A DNA stretch of 64,000 bases, taken from NCBI GenBank assembly GCA_964270895.1, contig OZ185435.1. The stretch is one strand, 5' to 3'. Under the pieces are notes generated by a model, which worked only from the letters and a program-made list of their open reading frames with translations, ran no database searches and was not told the origin of the DNA. Position numbers and translations under genes: made by a program. Source of the stretch: Podarcis filfolensis (lineage: Eukaryota). Positions 47,587-64,000 of this stretch are shown here, piece after piece (the first letter of the stretch is position 1; every line of letters starts with the position of its first letter).

Positions 47587-49073
47587 GACATTTAAGGCTA
47601 GATTTGGGTTCTCTTTTACACCTCCAACATTGGATCGACCCCCCCCCTTTAAAAATCCACACCAGTCACCTAATTATTGGAAGGAACTTGTTTCCCTTAG
47701 CTCAGCTAGGGCCGAGCACCTGGCTTGACTATCTTACTGGCAAAACCTTTAACAAAACAGCAAGTATAATTGGTACAGTCACATTAATACAGAGGAGCTG
47801 CTACCTGAAGAGCAGGAATTTGAGCTGTGCATGCAGCAGCATAGGCACAGCGGCTGCAAAGGAAAGAAGAGGTCAGAGCAGGAACAAGGAAACACACTCC
47901 TGTGCCTCCAGAGACCAGCTGCCCCTCCAGGAAGTTCACAAGATTTGCAACAAGCACATCAATGCAGTCAGCCCCAGCACAGGCAACAAGCATAAAAAAC
48001 TGCTCAGGAAATGGCCAAACTTACAACAAAGAAGAAAGCCAACAAGTGACCATTTCTTGTCCATTAGGCACCCCTCCCCACCCCTTCATAAGACACAATG
48101 GTTCCGGGGGAAGAAAGACAGCACAGCTCCCAATGCCCCCCCCCACAAAAGGGACAAGAAAGAGCTGTTCTCCTTCAAACTCCATCAGGTAATTAATGGA
48201 TGAAACAGAAGTTGGGCTCAGTGAAAGACAGAGACTAAAACAGAGAATCAAACATCCTTCAGTTGCAATCAACAAGCTGCTGTATAGTCATTTATATATT
48301 TACACATACACACAAGTCCTCCCAACACCACAAAGGGGGGGGGGAAGTGACATGCTGCAAAGGAACACCCCCCTTCTCTCCCCTTCTTCACCTCCCCCCC
48401 CCCCACTCCAGGCCTGCAGGGAACTTTCACCAGGCAGAACGACTCTCTGCAGAGAAAACTCACTGGGTTGTTCTAGCGCAGGGGAGAATTAACAATTGCC
48501 AAGAACAACGAGAAGGAATCGTCTTCCATGTTTATGCCAATGTAAACCAACAGGGGCAAAGGTAAATGAAACCCAATTCTGGGAACAGCAGTTTGAGAAT
48601 TGGCTTAGAATCCATTCATAAAGGAGGTATGTTTATATGTCTTCCCCCACCTCACCCCCAGAAATGGCTGAGACCCGTAGAGAGTTTCCCTACCACTATA
48701 GAATGGCAGAGTGTCAGTGGGTGGAATTTCTTGGCAATGCTTTCTGAAGAGGTATGATCTTCTGCAGGCCACAGCTAACTCTCTTTCTGAGATACAGTGG
48801 TGGAGCCACTCAACCCACATTTGCTCCCTTTCTGTAAAAGGCTTCTTGAAAGAAAAGCAGCAGGCCAGGGCACAGCCACAGATCCAACTCGGCTTTGGCC
48901 CCTGCCAAGGAGGCGAGCTCAAAGAGGCTGAAGCAGCGACCTGCCTGGCTGCTCTGCATGGGCCTCCCCCTCCCCTCTGCCAGTGCCTGCTCCAGAAGAA
49001 CAGGCAATGCCAGTCAATCCTCGGGAACAGGGACAGAGATGCAGAAACCAGTGTCAAGACCATCATACAATAA

Positions 49074-49079
49074 TTTACT
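49074..49079 (-). promoter_or_regulatory. HRAS: HRAS proximal poly(A) signal AGTAAA (non-canonical)
   Basis: Context CACAGATGGAAGTAAATTATTGTATGATGGTCTTGA closely resembles the recalled 3' end of human HRAS mRNA. Confidence 0.6.
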
Positions 49080-51019
49080 TCCATCTGTGGCTTTGTACAA
49101 GTTGCCAGGAGGGGGAGGGAGGCAAGGAGAGGAGCGTTTCAAAAATAAAAAATAGTTCATTGCAGGCCTTGGTGAAGTTTTGAGACAGTCTGTGCAGAGC
49201 TCTTGGGGCCTGCAGACACCATCTCGTCTGTCCCCTTCCCTTGAATCCACTTGATTCTTCTTTCATGTCGCCTCTGTCTCTGCACTACACAGTGGAAATC
49301 CCTCCAAGTCACAGTCTGGTCAGCTGGTGAACAGAGAAGACAGATATTAGAACAGCTCACCATTTCCTTAAGCACACATGGTTTCCCAATATATAACACA
49401 CTTCAGAAACCTTTAAACGGACACTTTGCATTCTTCCTACCACACTGTTTTAAACAATGCCAAAAGACACAGAAAATAACTTTGCAGAATAAGAGAAATC
49501 CAGAGGGGGGACAGTTTGCTTTGGAGAAAGCAGCTCTATGACACGGTTTTCTCCAGTGTGCTCTTTTCTCAAGGTTTGATGGTGTGGACTCTGGGTGCAA
49601 CAACTCTTGAGGCATGTTACCACTCATGGAGCAGCCTTTCTGCAGCAAACAGCTAATGCTTAGAATAAGAAGATGGTGCTCTGTTACAGCTGACTCTTGA
49701 CAAGCAGAGCAGTAAGTTCATGCAGCTGTTAAAAAGCTACGTACTACACAACAGGGCAAATTGCTTAGTGCCGAGTGCATTTTGGGGTGTTGAACTTAAT
49801 AGCAACTGAGAATTCTCTCCTCCCCCCCCTACTTTTACTGACTCTACTTCCTTCCAACTTTTCATGGCATGGTTTGAAAGCACATGACACAGCAACCACT
49901 AAGAAGCTAAGAAGGTCAGTGGGATGGGAGAGCAGCAGGGAATCATATGAACACAACCCAAAGTTCACTAAATTTTGCCAGCATTTTAATAGCAATGGCT
50001 CTCTTCTGGGAAGAGGTCTGAATTAGTCAGTTTCTTCCTAAACCAGATTTAAGTCCAGATTCCCATGTTCATGTATATAACACATGGTGTCTTGCCCCTC
50101 AATGATTAACAGGCGACTGTGTGAATGGTCTCCCTTGAAAAAGAATGGCATCGGCTGCAGTGGCTTAAAAGCTTCCCATGTGTGACATTCAATACCTGCT
50201 GGTGGCGGTGACAGGTTGGCTTAAATATGATGTCACAGTGGAGACTCTTTGTCAGTCAACTTACAACACTAGCTGGCCACAGAAAGCATCAAGGCTGCTT
50301 TAATTTCCAGTCACTTGGCCATGCCTATCTCATCTTTCGCTACCATTGAGCTGTGCTGTTTTAAGAAGCATAGCAAATTTTAAAAAACAGTATAAAAATA
50401 CTATCAACGTTTAACTAGGAATATGAAGGAAGAATGTTTGGGTCAGTAATTGCAGAATATTTAGTAATGCTGAACTTCTCATTGAGGTTCCATTTCTTGC
50501 AGGAAAAATGGGTGCAGTACTCTTTAGTATCCTCAGGATGATGCTGTGACTCTTAAAGTCCATTACCCAAGTTCTTTGATTTACCCATCCACTGAGCATA
50601 CAGTGTTTGCTGCATGTGGATATTGGCCTAGCCATGGGATTCCAATATAGGCAAATCTGGAGAGAATGCATGGCCCAATCTGTGATGCCTTCCATCACGT
50701 GCTTTAGCAGTAACAGTACCATCACCTGTTTTTAGTGCATAACACCAGCCTTGTAAATAACTATCCAAAGGATGGACGGCTACTGTCTGCTGCTCCCTTC
50801 ACAGTTACGGCACTGGGAATGGCTCTGCTGTCTCACAGCTACTACTACTTTAATGCTAGAAGACAGAAGAAGGCTTTAAGTCCACTATGATCTCAGCTCT
50901 GCTTTGTGTTGGGCAATGAAGAGATGAATGCATGTGTGGCTGCCCTCTCGTTTCCTTGAAGTACCACCCTTCTGGAAACTCAGAAGGTGGACTTGAACTC
51001 TGCATACACATGGGGCAGC

Positions 51020-51154
51020 TTAGAATCATAGAACTGCAAAGTTGGAAGGGAAAATTACGATCCTCTAGTCCAACCCCTGCAATGCAGGAAACCCTTTTGG
51101 CTTGAACCCATGACCCTGAGATTAAGAATCTCATGCTCTACCAACTGAGCTATC
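51020..51154 (-). mobile_element. tRNA-Lys(CTT)-head / CR1-tail SINE
   Basis: Minus strand GATAGCTCAGTTGGTAGAGCATGAGATTCTTAATCTCAGGGTCATGGGTTCAAG joined to a tail ending in the CR1 (TTCTATGA-like) repeat; not a complete tRNA. Confidence 0.8.
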
Positions 51155-52531
51155 TATGAAGAAGGCGAAGGCCTGGCTATCATAATATATATTCATCCTT
51201 CTGGGTCTAGCATTCAGTGTTAAGCTGCTTTTCTCAAGGCAGATATAAGATGAGGCTGGACACAGGTCAGGTGGACAGAAATGGCTCAAACTCAGTTTTT
51301 TTTTTTTTTGGCCATCATTAGGACAAAAAGGAAGGAAATATAGCCACAGCACCCAAACACTATTCCCAGCATTAAGCATAATATGCAATTCTAATATGAA
51401 ATGCTGGAAGATAGGGGATTACAAGATACAAATGCTACATGAACAGACAGCATGGCAACCAAAAAAAGGGAATTCACCTTCTGTAAAGATAGGACCTGTG
51501 GTGGTGGGATAAAAACTTGCAAGAAGCTTTCTACGGCTGGAAAGCTATTCTTTTGCATGACCCTGTCACTCCACTGCTCCCCTTTTATGAATCCTAGACA
51601 TCACACTTCCTGTAGCTTTACCCCTGCTTATGCAATTCTCCAAAGTCTTATGGGGACAGCTTGCTTTTTCAGAAAGATGCTGTCCAACATAAAGCTGGAT
51701 CCCATTTGCACTGCAGATAATTACGGGAAAACCAGCTCCCATTTCCTCCACAAAAGAGTCAGGACCACACCTATAAGCATATTGCCAAGTTATGCACTCC
51801 TCACTGGCGCAGCTTTCTAGTAAGAGAGAGAAAGAGGGGAGTTCAGGAAGGCCAGACCTTGACATTCCACAAACAACGAGGGTAGTGGATGGGGGTGTTG
51901 AAATGAACACACATTTGGCAAGAACAGGGCTTTCTCCTCCCCACAAGCTGTTGGCAGTAGCATCTCTCTCAGGGCAGGCAGTTTAAGGAGCGTTTGGGAT
52001 TCATCTGTGCACTTCCAGCAGCAAAAGAACAGGAAATGGCCCCCCACCCAACCAAACTCACAACCCCGGCCAGAGGAAATGCTCTCAGACATCTGGATTA
52101 TTTGCACATCTGGAAACCCCCCTTTAAAACAACAATAGCTGCCCTAGGTACAGCTCAAGAATGGGGTCTGCTGGGAGATCCCAACCGACTTGACATCCAT
52201 TGACTCTTCCGTCATAATTTTTTCAGGCAGAGTAGAATTAAGTGTCATTTTTTTAGATAAAGCAACACACAAGCTGCTGCTTCCATAGAGAAGGGAAGAA
52301 CTCTGCTTACTGCTCAGCTACACAGGAAGGGTAGATTATACATTAAGTTCCATACAGTGAATGTAGATATTCATACTCATCTTTGACAGTAAGCCAGTCT
52401 AGTCTGAAGCATCTTCCCCAGTAATTGTGATCAAAACACACTTTTAATTGCTTTAGAACTGTAAAACACAGGCTGCAAACTGCACCAGCCACACCCTACC
52501 TTCCAAAATGCTTGAGGGACACCATCTAGTT

Positions 52532-52667
52532 CAGGCACCCCAAACTCAGCCCTCCAGATGTTTTGGGACTACAACTCCCACCATCCCTAGCTAATAAGAA
52601 CCAATGGTCAGGGATGATGGGAACTGTAGTCCCAAAACATCTGGAGGGCCAAGTTTGGGGGTGCCTG
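52532..52667. mobile_element. 136-bp palindromic hAT (Charlie-type) MITE
   Basis: TIR CAGGCACCCCAAACT; perfect 8-bp TSD ATCTAGTT at 52524-52531 and 52668-52675. Confidence 0.9.
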
Positions 52668-52879
52668 ATCTAGTTCATAAATATGAACAACTAAGGGAAT
52701 CACCCACTGCGAACAAGACTGAGGAACTCAGCACAGTGCCTTTAATGCTCATTGCTTCTGGTTTTGCCCCATTCAGGAGGTAAAAGGAACTCTTCAAGCA
52801 CTTAAGTTGCAGTCGATGATTTGGGGAAGTGGACATTTTCCCTACATGCTTTGTTCATTTCCCCACCATCTTACCTTAG

Positions 52880-63758
<10,879 letters not shown>

Positions 63759-64000
63759 TCAGGGTTCCCTCAAAACACAGTGGCCTGAAAGAGAAGAGAA
63801 TTGGATATAAACCACATGAATAGTGGATGAACTCCTCAGCCCCACCCTTAACACAACTATTTGCCATTAATGCTACTTGACACCATGGCACAGTTAACAG
63901 CATCACAGCATGACGACGCAAGAGCCTCTGGAGCAAAGCAAAAGCAGCTACAGCAAAGGCACCTGGTAGTCAAGGTCAACGGTCTATTCTTCTGCTGATA

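Larger units (their letters stand above)
47560..49323 (-). other. HRAS: HRAS terminal non-coding exon / 3' UTR
   Basis: tctgtcttctctgttcaccag acceptor at 49324; two blocks resembling the human HRAS 3' UTR as recalled (49165-49215, 49054-49090); distal ATTAAA at 47581-47586 followed by a GU-rich tract. Confidence 0.75.

Noticed and set aside
48624-48754. let-7 sites in the HRAS UTR (TACCTC at 48624-48629 and 48749-48754, minus strand)
   Set aside because: Only 6-mer seed matches; about 0.4 expected by chance in 1.76 kb, so two is not convincing.
47604-49250. Cluster of 60-199 aa ORFs on both strands
   Set aside because: They overlie the predicted HRAS 3' UTR, lack recognisable domains or splice structure, and several start at non-ATG codons.
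51100-51154. Functional tRNA-Lys gene
   Set aside because: Acceptor stem is missing, B box is mutated and the sequence runs into a CR1-like tail; it is a SINE head.

Overview
Vertebrate genomic DNA, almost certainly from a squamate and probably a lacertid lizard (Sauria SINE and young Squam3-type SINE present). Two genes converge tail-to-tail. (1) + strand: a complete 13-coding-exon USP6NL/RN-tre-family TBC-domain Rab-GAP gene (ATG 16391 to TAG 37010, 2763 nt, 920 aa) with intact Arg and Gln catalytic fingers. It looks like a paralogue of USP6NL rather than USP6NL itself, and at many positions it carries the residues I recall from the mammalian TBC1D3/TBC1D26/USP6 family. (2) - strand: HRAS, with four coding exons (111/179/160/120 nt, 189 aa, wild-type G12/G13/Q61, CVIS CAAX box), a separate non-coding last exon and two candidate poly(A) sites. 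The rest is intron/UTR DNA containing SINEs, CR1 and L2 LINE fragments, several hAT-type MITEs with perfect 8-bp target-site duplications, a probable solo LTR and microsatellites. Splice junctions, TSDs and repeats were read directly from the sequence. Comparisons with human proteins and UTRs are from memory and need re-alignment. Repeat boundaries are approximate unless a TSD is given.
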